This document shows positions 11,201-20,937 of a stretch of 64,000 nt of DNA, in pieces. The stretch is taken from positions 124,001-188,000 of the forward strand of contig MU008202.1 of the NCBI GenBank assembly GCA_010909165.1, written 5' to 3'. Both the position numbers and the translations under genes were made by a program. The notes under the pieces are model-generated. The model saw nothing but the letters and a program-made list of their open reading frames with translations, was not told where the DNA came from and searched no databases. Each line of letters opens with the position of its first letter. The first letter of the stretch is position 1. This stretch comes from Anthoceros angustus (lineage: Eukaryota > Plantae > Anthocerotophyta).

Positions 11201-12356
11201 TCCGCAATAAAGCATGAGACAACACCCACTCAATCCAGTCGCTCAGCTCCAGATTTTCTGGTCTTGCAAGCTCATGCTTTTCGACTTTCTCCAATCCAGA
11301 AAAGGGTTTTCCTCTTCACACCGCACACAGTCCTGCCGGATGCCTGGGATAGAGACTCAAACGAGAGTGAGGCCAGGCCCTTGACAAGATCCGTAAACCG
11401 GGCCAGCAGGATCTTGGTGTGAGAATTATAGGACACGTTGTCGCTGCCGTCCTCAAGCAGGGGACAATTAAGAGCGCAGAGGACCTTCAATTGCGGCGCT
11501 GCCAGAAACGCGGACGCAGCCGAGGGTGTAATCTCCGTCCGCGACACATCCACAGCCACCAGATTAGGCAGCTGCTTCGCCCAGAGCTGTGCTGCGCTGG
11601 CCCATGAGATGCTTCTGGATCCCGCCACGGACAACAACCGCAGACTGGTGGCGGTCCCCAGGGCACCCTCGTGGACTGAGCTGCAGTCAAGGAGACCCAA
11701 TTCGCTGAGGTCCGGGCACCCCTTCACCAGCGCCCCAATGGCCTCGGCGTCGACCTCCCTCACCCCCGACAGGCGCAGCCGCTTCAACTTGGGGCAGCAC
11801 AGGGCCACCACCTTGATCGCGTCGCTGGTGATTCTCTCGCAATCCGGCCCAAGCTGCAGGCTTTCCAGCGCGTCGTGCTTGGCAGCCAGCCACGAGAGGT
11901 GGGCATCCGACAGGTCCCTGCATGCGTCCCGCACAGTTCCCGTAACTCTCTGGCCTGCAGCGAGACGATGACCCCGGTTGCAGCGCCCCGGAACCTCAGC
12001 CGCTCCAACTTGGCACATCTCCCAGAAAGAGCCGATGCCATAGCCATATCCAGCGAATGCGCACGGAGATCCAGCGACGTCCACAGACACGGGGACGATG
12101 CCAACCGCCTCCATGCCCGGCACACCGACGCCAAACTGGACCTGTCTCTGTAATTTAGTAAACCGAATAATTGAATGAGCGCATCATCGGGCAGGCTGGT
12201 CCACTCCGCGTCGTATTGCCCTCCCACGCACACAATTTCCTCCTCCTCCTCCTGCGCAGCTTCGTACACCGCCTCCAGCGGCCTCTCGGGAGCCCTCTTG
12301 CTGGCCGTCGGCTTCACCGATATTTTGATTGCCTTCCGGCGCACTCTGCGAATCAT
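8223..12356 (-). CDS. ARABIDILLO: ARABIDILLO-like F-box / LRR / armadillo-repeat protein, multi-exon (copy 1, complete 5' and 3' ends)
   Basis: N-terminal MIRRVRRK; F-box WTSLPDDALIQLFGLLNYRDRSSLASVC; LRR region; ARM repeats (EEAAGGLWNLSV, ANLAADDKCSMEV, ARFMAALALAYMFDGR); last exon FTMPGGRHAMHH..AKIVLRNL with stop at 8223-8225. At least five 1-bp indels lie in short runs and are in frame in copy 2, so they are probably consensus errors. Confidence 0.85.
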
Positions 12357-13199
12357 GGCTCCCGCCTGGCAGCTGCCACACTGAATTAGCCCCCAAACCT
12401 AGGCTCCACCACCTCCCTCAAGGCGCCTCCAGCCCGGGCACGGGAGCCACAGCCACAGCCTCGAGAGCGCCCCTCCCACGGCAGCCACAGCCACAGCAAG
12501 ATCCCGGACTAAGGCGCCCCGACCCCGGCCCCGGCCCCGGCCTCGGCCTCGGCCTGCGACAGCAAATGCGAATTCGGCCCTGCCGGACCCCAATTTGCCC
12601 CAGCCCCTCCGTCCAACATAGTCGCAGCTCACGGAAGCCCTCCCTGGCATACATAACCCGGATTCAAGATGTCTCTACATATCTCCACCATGGCCAATTC
12701 CGGCATGTGCCATTCGCCATGCTGCCATCACAATTATGCGCTGCCCGCTGTTGCTGCTCGCCCGCCTTTCATCGGCCTGCAAGCCACCGGAATGCAATAT
12801 CATCTTTCACCACGCCGCTGCATCACATCCGTCGCATACCAGCCCGCCCCACCCCAACGCGACGCTCCCTGCGACTGAGCTCGAAAGATCGCGATACTAA
12901 TAGGGCTACCAACCAGGGCACACCTACGAAACCTCAATGCACTTATGCGACCCCGCCTCCTAGACGAACTCTACCTAATTAACATAACACCATGCATACC
13001 ATCCTACGCTATCGTTATTCTTTTATAAAAGAATATCCCGCATTATTTTTCCAAGGCAGCCGATTTCAACAACTTTTTTCTCCTCCTCCAACCGTCCCAC
13101 ACTCTTGAAGGCAATGGGACGATGGCTCTTTCCTTGCTAATTCTCCCAAACATTGTTTGCCTTGATTTAGTTCGACTCTTTCTCTCTTCCAGCTTGATC

Positions 13200-13685
13200 A
13201 TATCTCCTAGTATTTTCCACGCCGGTGAAGACTATGAATTGGGGTTCTCATCTATGCTACGTACTCTAGCCTTCATGAGTATTGTTCATGCCAGGTCTCC
13301 AAGTTCTCTTCGCCTGTTCAGTCATGCTACACATTATAGCCACCATGAACATTCTTCCTACCAACTCTTCTAATACTCTCTTCATGAATGTTGTTCATGC
13401 AAGTTTTCTTCGGCTTTTCGTACATGCTACATATTGTGGCTACCATAAATAATATTCCTGCCAACTCTCTCTGTACTCTTGGAGAAGGTGAAGACTATGC
13501 ATCAGGGTGTGGCTACCATAAATAATGTTCCTGCCAACTCTCTTAGTACTCTGTGAGCATGAGCAGGTGAAGACTGTGCATCAGGTTTTCGTACATGTTA
13601 CATATCGCGGTCACTATGAATATGATTTCTACCAAGACCCTTTGGAAGACAATGGACAAGTGTTGCTGGAGCGAAGGCGATGAAG
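13200..13685 (+). repeat. Degenerate ~70-100 bp repeats (GGTGAAGACTATG / GGCTACCATAAATAATGTTCCTGCCAACTCTC), block X
   Basis: The motifs recur several times between 13220 and 13600. The segment 13438-13685 plus 17037-17068 is copied at 31092-31368. Confidence 0.75.
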
Positions 13686-14081
13686 AACATGATAATTTTT
13701 GAAGGGGGGGAATATAGTAAGCTCCTTCGGTCGAAACAACACCCCCTTGTCACAGTTTACACCCTTCCTACGATAGCATATCTGCCAAGCTTTGATAATC
13801 GGCACACCCTTTATGAGTCCATACCTTTGATAAAAGACACACTTTCAATTCTACACCCCAGAACTAGAGCACTGTAGGGCGTGGGCCCGTGTGCATTTTT
13901 GTAGAATGCACAGTGGGCTGCTATTTGCATCTGTTTATTACTGCTGAAAACGTTTACTTTTCAAGTGGTGGAACACGATAAAAATCATGCTTCTACTTGC
14001 GAGAGTCTCCTTTCAGTATTCGTGAAAACCTTGCAATAAACAATTGCTAAAGGAGGAAGTGGTCATCAGCATCAACAATAG

Positions 14082-14217
14082 TCATTCAAGAGGGCGGCCT
14101 AGCAACTTGTCCATGCCTTGCGCCGATGCTGAGTCAAGGACCACTGCCAAATTCCGAAGGCGGTCCATATCCTCGGCGTCAAAGCTGTCATTCTCCTCCA
14201 ATGCTTGCTCGTATTCA
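14082..14217 (-). pseudogene. Element gene B, C-terminal remnant
   Basis: NEYEQALEENDSFDAEDMDRLRNLAVVLDSASAQGMDKLLGRPLE*, homologous to 3864-4010. Confidence 0.7.
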
Positions 14218-14581
14218 TTAGTCTAATTCTTGGGCTGAGCTTACAACGGTGCTGACTGCCATATAACATTTAGGATCTGCTGACCTTCATCTAATAGCTC
14301 GCTAGTCGTGGTCTTCAACCTTCTGGCACTCAATGCAACCACTTGGACTTTAAGGCAATGCCAGCGTCCTTAAAATGAACAAAGTTGGTTAACCATGCGC
14401 CCATGCCCGAGTCCTTAAAATCAATAAGTTGTTTTGTGATGCTAGTAGAGGTTTTGTACTCAAAACCTATTAATTACCGCACTTTTTCTTCAACTACTTG
14501 AGCAACTACCCCAAATTACATGCATCTTGAACCGCTAACTATTTATTTTAACCAAGATAGCCTATGAGGAGGACAGCTATG

Positions 14582-14770
14582 GGGAGGGCGTCGGCCGGCC
14601 GGCGCCATGGGAAGGGAGAGCATCTTTGGGGAGGCGTCGGCCGGCGCCATGGGCGTGGGCGTCTTTGCGGGAGGGCGCCGGCCGGCATGCGGGCGTCTTT
14701 GCGGGGAGGCCTCGGCCGGCGCCATGGGCGTGGGCGTCTTTGCGGGAGGGCGCCGGCCGGCATAGGCCGC
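14582..14770 (+). repeat. GC-rich GGCCGGCCGGCGCC / GGGCGTCTTTGCGGG repeat core of element copy 2
   Basis: Several nested copies. Related motifs occur at ~2385, 3360-3440 and 4130 in element copy 1. Confidence 0.85.
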
Positions 14771-14811
14771 TAGCACCACCCGTCGGTGCATGCGGTGGAG
14801 CTAGGGGAGGG

Positions 14812-16632
14812 GACAAGAAGAGGCAGCGGTATCCTATCACCGACGAAGGTGTGGCCCATTTGCGGGAAGGGTTAAAAGATTTGCGTCCATAGGTGACTCA
14901 AGAGTACAAGTGGTGGGAAGCCTTTTGGTGGACCAAGGAGATTCTTGTCATTGTGGAGAAAACATCGAGCTAGTGCTAGAGCGCCCTTGGAAGTGGTTTT
15001 CACGTGCGTAAGTGGATCATACCACCACTTCAAGTCTTGGATGACGCTTTCTTTGGATGAGGCATTATTGAGAGACCTCCACAGCGTGATATGTACTTGG
15101 GAGCATATCAAAATGCGAAGGCAACAGCGGGAAATGACACGGATGAATGAGGACATAACCAATCCGGAAGGGATGTTCTGGCGGTGCCGTGCACTCACCA
15201 TAACAGTCATTCGGATTGGGAAGGTCATTGACTGAAGCTAAATGCACCACGACCTCACTTTCTTATCCACTAGTATCGGACCGAGCACATTACCCAAAAT
15301 GCATACAAGAGGTATTTGTGAATGAACAAATATCCCAGACATGGGTTTGTATTGAGCGACGGAAACATTTGTATGCGGTGGACAAAAAGCGGTAAGGGAT
15401 AAGCTTTTGCAGTTGCGCGGACTTCATGACGAGTCAAAGTGCCGTTGAAAATTGCGACAATCTTTGGAGAAGCTGGACCAAGGAGATTGTCATTGTGGAG
15501 AAAAACATCGAGCTAGTGCTAGAGCGTCCTTGGAAGTGGTTTTCACGTGCAGAAGTGGATCATACAGCCCGACCACTTCAAGTGCCGGATGACGCTTTGC
15601 TGGATGAGGCATTATTGAGAGACCTCCCACAGCGTGATATGTACTTGGGAGCATATCAAAATGCGAGAAGGCAACAGCGGGAAATGACACGGATGAATGA
15701 GGACATAACCGAAATCCGGAAGGGGATGTTTCTGGCAGTGCCGTGCACTACAGACACGCATAACAGGTCATTCTGGATTGGGAAGGTCATTGACGCGAAG
15801 CTAAATGCACCACGACCTCACTTTCTTATCCACTAGTATCGGACCGAGCACATTACCCAAAATGCATACAAGAGGTATTTGTGAATGAAACAGTCATCCT
15901 GTATTATGGGTTTGTATTGAACGTACGGAAACATTTGTATGCGGTGGACAAAAAGCGGTAAGGGATAAGCTTTTGCAGTTGCGCGGACTTCATGACGAGT
16001 CAAAGTGCCGTTGAAAATTGCGACAATCTTTGGAGAAGCTGGACCAAGGAGATTGTCATTGTGGAGAAAACATCGAGCTAGTGCTAGAGCGCCCTTGGAA
16101 GTGGTTTTCACGTGCGTAAGTGGATCATACCACCACTTCAAGTCTTGGATGACGCTTTCTTGGATGAGGCATTATTGAGACCTCCCACGCCGTGATATGT
16201 ACTTGGGAGCATATCAAAATGCGAAGGCAATGGAAATGACACGGATGAATGAGGACATAACCGAATCCGGAAGGGATGTTTCGGCGGTCTGCGCACTACG
16301 TATAACGACACCGTGTCATTCGGATTGGGAAGGTCATTGACGCGTGCTAAATGCACCACGACCTCACTTTCTTATCCACTAGTATCGGCATTACTACCCC
16401 AAAATGCATACAAGAGGTATTTGTGAATGAAACAGCCATCCTGTATCATGGGTTTGTATTGAACGTACGGAAACATTTGTATGCGGTGGACAAAAAAGCG
16501 GTAAGGGATAAGCTTTGCGAGTTGCGCGGCTTCATACAGCCTACGAGTCAAAGTGCCGTTGAAAATTGTGACGACAATGCTGGAGAAGCTGGACCAAGTG
16601 ATGACGAAGGATTGAACTATGGGGATGAGTAA
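14812..16632 (+). pseudogene. Element gene A 3' part, internally triplicated (~550-bp unit) and frameshifted
   Basis: DKKRQRYPITDEGVAHLREGLKDLRP*..WWEAF; IRKGMFLAVPCTTDTHNRSFWIGKVIDAKLNAPRPHFLIH*Y; EVFVNETAILYHGFVLNVRKHLYAVDKKAVRDKLCELRGFIQP..GDE*. Unit starts (GGACCAAG) at 14930, 15475, 16041 and 16591. Confidence 0.75.
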
Positions 16633-17320
16633 AACTCAAATCACAGTTTGTCCCGAGGTCCCAGAGTGAATGTTGTACGTTCGGTTCCAGATGTTACCGT
16701 GTTTTGGAAGTATCATGTCCGTGGCTTTTGTTGTGTCCTTACTAAACCATTTTCCTTCCAAAACTGAATTTACGGTCATCCCTTCCCGGCAAAAACGGCC
16801 TTCCTTACAGGTCCCACTTTGCATTAATCCCATAGGTTCGAGTTTGCGACCACCATTCGACAGAAACATTGCTGGTTGGAAAGTAGTAATTTTACTGGGT
16901 CACACCCTTTTTTTCCAAGATGTTTTCCGGAATGACTAATAAACGCTGTTTTAGGGCCCATCAAAAACCCCCTTCAGAGATTATGTATGGAAAACCCCCA
17001 TCGAGATTATTCACCCCCTTCAAAAATTATGGTGTTGAAGATAGTTGTAGTGTATTCCTACATGGATTTTATGTGTATGGAAACTAGATTAGGATAGGTA
17101 GTTTATTTTAATATAATATATTTGTTTCATCGAAATCTGGATCTCTTTTAGGTGCGGTATTGCTTAGAGCGAAAAAGCTCTTACCAAACCATGTAGCTGA
17201 ATATGTATGACTACCTACATAGCACCGGGTGAGTCGAAGTTGTTGGTAGCATTGCAAATGTGTGTTTGGATTCATGTCCCAAAGTGCGACCCCACCTCCT
17301 AGACATCTGGAGGCAGACAT

Positions 17321-17514
17321 TGTGAACTTTCCTAATGTATAGAAAATAGCGGAAGCATGAATTAGAAAAGATTAGAAAATTCATAGGTTAGGGGCCCTTT
17401 TATAGGGGACCCGGGCACCCCTTCGTAGGGGCTGCGATCGTCGCTAACGAGCTAGGTTAGCCTAACTCGCCTCGACTATTGGCTAGGGTTATGTAACTCT
17501 TACTAAACTTAACA
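17321..17514 (-). repeat. 3' LTR of the Copia-derived element
   Basis: TG..CA termini, adjacent to the PPT, nearly identical to 20751-20937. Confidence 0.92.
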
Positions 17515-17642
17515 CCCCTCTTAAGGGTAACATAACCTAAGCTATGACTCTTGTCGGACGTAACGACCAGGGTGGAGACTATCTTCCATGGAGCGACGCC
17601 TCGTGGCGCGCCTCCCTCCGAGCTAAGTCTTCTCTCTGGCAG

Positions 17643-18902
17643 TCAGGGATGCCGGGCTACGAGGGTGGCGGCGGGTCCACTCCTCACGGTGAATGAGAGC
17701 CCCGCACAGCCGCCTTGAGGCACGGCTGTGAAGAGGCCCAAGTCAGGATTTGTTGTCCTGAAAAAGCGACATGACTCCCTTGAAGCAAGCATCTCGAGAT
17801 CGCCTTCCTTCAGAAGCTGAGTCATAGACACCAGGTTTTCGCCTATTTGCGGGACGGGGAGCACAGGCTCCAAGGTGGCCGAACCATCCTTGAGGAGGAA
17901 GTTCGCAAGTGCTTTGTCCCATGATTGGCGGTGGTTCGCTCTCATCACCAAGTAACACTCTCTCCTTGAGTGCAGTGTCGGCTTGGTGAATAGAGTATGA
18001 TCGTTGCATATGTGGGCGATGGCTCCTTTGTTGAGTACCACCCCGCATCCTAATGCACACAGGTGTTGAGGCAAACCGCAAGTATCTTCACGGTCCTTGC
18101 CTTCACGTGTTGGCGTTCCCTCAAGCTGCGGCCTGGCAGTCGGCGTTCTGCTCTCTTGCGGCACTCGTGCCCAATGGCCGCCCGCACCAATTGCGCTCCG
18201 GCTCGAGGAGGCGCAGAGGTTGAGTCACCTTTAGGGGTGAAATTCGCCTTGCCCTTGAATTCCTCCGGGCTTGAAAGCGGGTGGAAAGCGCTCTGCGCAT
18301 CGGGCTTGGACCCTCCTGAGAGGCGCTCCTGTCGCCGGCCGATGATGTCCTCCACCGCCGAGAGGAGGTTGAGCCGGTGGTGCATGGTCGCCATCGGTCA
18401 GTGACGAAATCTTGGTAAGAATCAGGAGACTCATTAGGAGTTGAGCGTCGACCTCGGTCATCGTTGAGCCGAGAGGCTAGCGCCCTCGCAATCGCCGGAA
18501 CTTAGATGTGTGAGCCGCCACCGTGTCGACTCCTTCATCTTGAGGCGTTGAATTCACATGTCGCTGTACAAGGTTAGAACATTGTTAACGTTATGCGTGT
18601 TTGATAGTCCCGGATGGCGGAAGCCTCGTAAGGAACTCCTGGCAGGCACCGGGCTTGAGTCAAGTCGATCGGGGCGCTGCAATTCCGTTCGTATTCCACT
18701 TCTCGATATCTGCTGAGAGGAGGAGGAGTTGTAGTGGGGTCGCTTTGGGTTGCGTCAACTATCTTCCAAACGCCGCCGATGAGGTCGACTTCATCCGGAC
18801 TCGCCATCTTGGATAATGCTGGCCGTTGAACCGGTCTTTCTCCTTGATGTGGTCGGTGAAGATGGGTATGGCACCGGGGTCAGTCGAGGTCCTGCTGGCC
18901 AT
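17643..18902 (-). pseudogene. Copia gag-protease remnant, frameshifted
   Basis: DRFNGQHYPRWRVRMK (Copia gag N-terminus), AQLLMSL, and a protease-region segment GAIAHICNDHTLF..VLPVPQIGENLVSMTQLLKEG. Confidence 0.8.
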
Positions 18903-19414
18903 CCTCGTTGGCGTGTTCAAAGAGAGTGAGCTCAAGCTGCGGATCGTCCACAAGGAGTTGTAACTTGTGGTCATAAAAGGCGGGCCTAGGAGGCGATCGG
19001 CTCCCTCGCTCCGGCTCGCTATTGCGCAGACGGTGGACCAGATCCATGAGCTCGTCGCGGGCCGGTGTAATAGCCTAGAGTGCCCACCTCACTGCCATCA
19101 TGGTTACACGAAGCTCAAGGGTCCATCCTCCATAAGTGCCGACAGGATATCTCGGAGGAAGTGAGTATCCCTCTCTGGCTTACTCTTGATTTCTTCTGTG
19201 AGAGTTCTCCCTTGTTGTGTCTTCTTTTCTTCTTCTTTTTGTTGGTTTCTCCCCTCCCTTTCTTTCTCCTTTCGCTCCGCCGGGGCTTGCTTCCTCTTTT
19301 TCTTCCTTTATTTCTTCTTCTTCTTTCTTCAGCGAAGGTTCCCCGTCTTGGCCCTAATCGAGCACCAGAGTGCTTAACTCCCGAGTTTGGATAGGAGCTC
19401 TGGTTTGCAACCAA

Positions 19415-19485
19415 AGTGAATTGGTGTAGTGGTTGGTGCTTCCGTGTGCCGGCAGCAGGTCGCGGGTTCGATCTCCGTTGGCGCG
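19415..19485 (+). other. tRNA-derived (SINE-head-like) sequence with Pol III A and B boxes
   Basis: A box TGGTGTAGTGG (19422-19432). T-arm GCGGG-TTCGATC-TCCGT (~19462-19478). The acceptor stem does not pair, so this is not a tRNA gene. Confidence 0.6.
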
Positions 19486-20738
19486 TCCGTCTGAGTTTTG
19501 CGGAAGAATAAAAAGATAAGGGACGGGTAGAAGGCCGGGCCGCTTACGGTGCAGGGGGCGGTTCGGCCGGCCCGCCGTCCACGCAGGCGCCCGCCCGCGG
19601 CGCGCCGCGCGCGCGAGGCGCGCGCCCCCTCGCGGCGGGTGCGCGCTGTCGCGTCTGTGGCGCCGTGCCGTCCCTCGGCCGCGTCCGCGGTTCTCGGGGC
19701 GCGGCCTCGCGGCGCTCGGGGCCTCCGTTCGTGCCCGCTCACGCTCCGCCACACGCCGAACGGTCTCGGCCTTGCACTGGGGATCTCAGGCGCCCGCTCC
19801 TCAATACGAGGCACAATCCCGGCCAAGGTTGGGGGCGGATTGCGATCCACGTGGCGCGATCCCTATGGCGCTCCCGGATTGCGATCCACGTGGCGCTCCG
19901 TGCTCCTTGCTCGGTTGGGATGCGGTGGGCGTGTCTCGTCGGGAGATCCGGCCCGCTGCGGTCAGATTCCGATCTGGATGAGGGCGCCATCAACTCCAAC
20001 GGTCGGATCTGGGCGTGCCCGCCTCCACGCTCCGCGCTCGGGTTGGGAATTCCTCCATCCGGTGGCCGAGGCGGAGGGATCTGATGCCGGCGCCTCCGCC
20101 AGCGCTTGCAGCTTGCAATTGTTGGATTGCCTCCAAAGATGCTGGAGGAGAAACGGTTCTCCTAGTGAATTCTGCGGGGGTCATGCTCCGGCGCGTCTTC
20201 TCCCCAGTTGCCGGGGAGTCACGGATCGGGGGCGCCCCCCCGCCTCAGGGCCTATTGCAGATCCGTGATGAGGCCCTCCTCGCTCGCGTGTTGGGGTCAA
20301 TCTGACGAGAAGCGGCGAGGAACAAAAGAAGAAATGAACAATTTTTTTTTTTTTAAGCCCATGCACGCATGTCGCTAGATATGTAGAAAACTAAAGCAAT
20401 TGTTTCTCAAGTGGAGGTGAGGGGCGGTGGCGAGGCTCCCATCGAAACTCCGCTATGAGCGCCTAGTATGGATTAGTACCCGAGTGGGGGACCGGTCCCG
20501 CTGATTTTTGTTGTTGTTGTTTTTTCTTGATGGTGCGGTCTTGGGAAAGGGAAAAAACAAAGCTACCTATCCTAGAGACATAGGATACTAGTTTTTTTTT
20601 TTCCTTCTTCTCCTCCTGCAACAAGAGGACTAATCCCTGCGGACTAATCCGAGTGAGAGAAAGAAAGAACAAGGGAGGGGTAGGGCGCCATGGGCCAGCC
20701 ATGGCGCCCTTCCGGCCGCAGGCCTCAGTGGAGCCTGG

Positions 20739-20750
20739 GCTCTGATACCA
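20739..20750 (-). promoter_or_regulatory. Primer-binding site complementary to tRNA-iMet
   Basis: TGGTATCAGAGC on the minus strand, immediately internal to the 5' LTR. Confidence 0.95.
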
Positions 20751-20937
20751 TGTGAACTTTCCTAATGTATAGAAAATAGCGGAAGCATGAATTAGAAAAG
20801 ATTAGAAAATTCATAGGTTAGGGGCCCTTTTATAGGGGACCCGGGCACCCTTCAGAGGGTCGATCGCTTAACGAGCTAGGTTAGCCTAACTCGCCTGACT
20901 ATTGGCTAGGGTTATGTAACTCTTACTAAACTTAACA
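20751..20937 (-). repeat. 5' LTR of the Copia-derived element
   Basis: TG..CA termini, adjacent to the tRNA-iMet PBS. Confidence 0.92.

Larger units (their letters stand above)
13686..17036 (+). mobile_element. TIR DNA transposon, copy 2 of the AACA-terminus / 4-bp-TSD family
   Basis: 29-bp TIRs AACATGATAATTTTTGAAGGGGGGGAATA (13686-13714) and 17008-17036 (26/29 match). TSD GAAG at 13682-13685 and 17037-17040. The empty site with a single GAAG is at 31337-31340. Confidence 0.9.
17321..20937 (-). mobile_element. Ty1/Copia-derived non-autonomous LTR retrotransposon (gag + protease only, 3.6 kb)
   Basis: LTRs TGTGAAC..TTAACA at 17321-17514 and 20751-20937. TSD GACAT at 17316-17320 and 20938-20942. 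tRNA-iMet PBS (reverse complement GCTCTGATACCA) at 20739-20750. Polypurine tract (reverse complement CCCCTCTTAAG) at 17515-17525. No integrase, RT or RNase H coding sequence. Confidence 0.92.

Noticed and set aside
19354-20311. Several 60-239 aa ORFs in the Copia leader
   Set aside because: Very GC-rich, low-complexity Arg/Ala/Pro translations on both strands with no domain signal.
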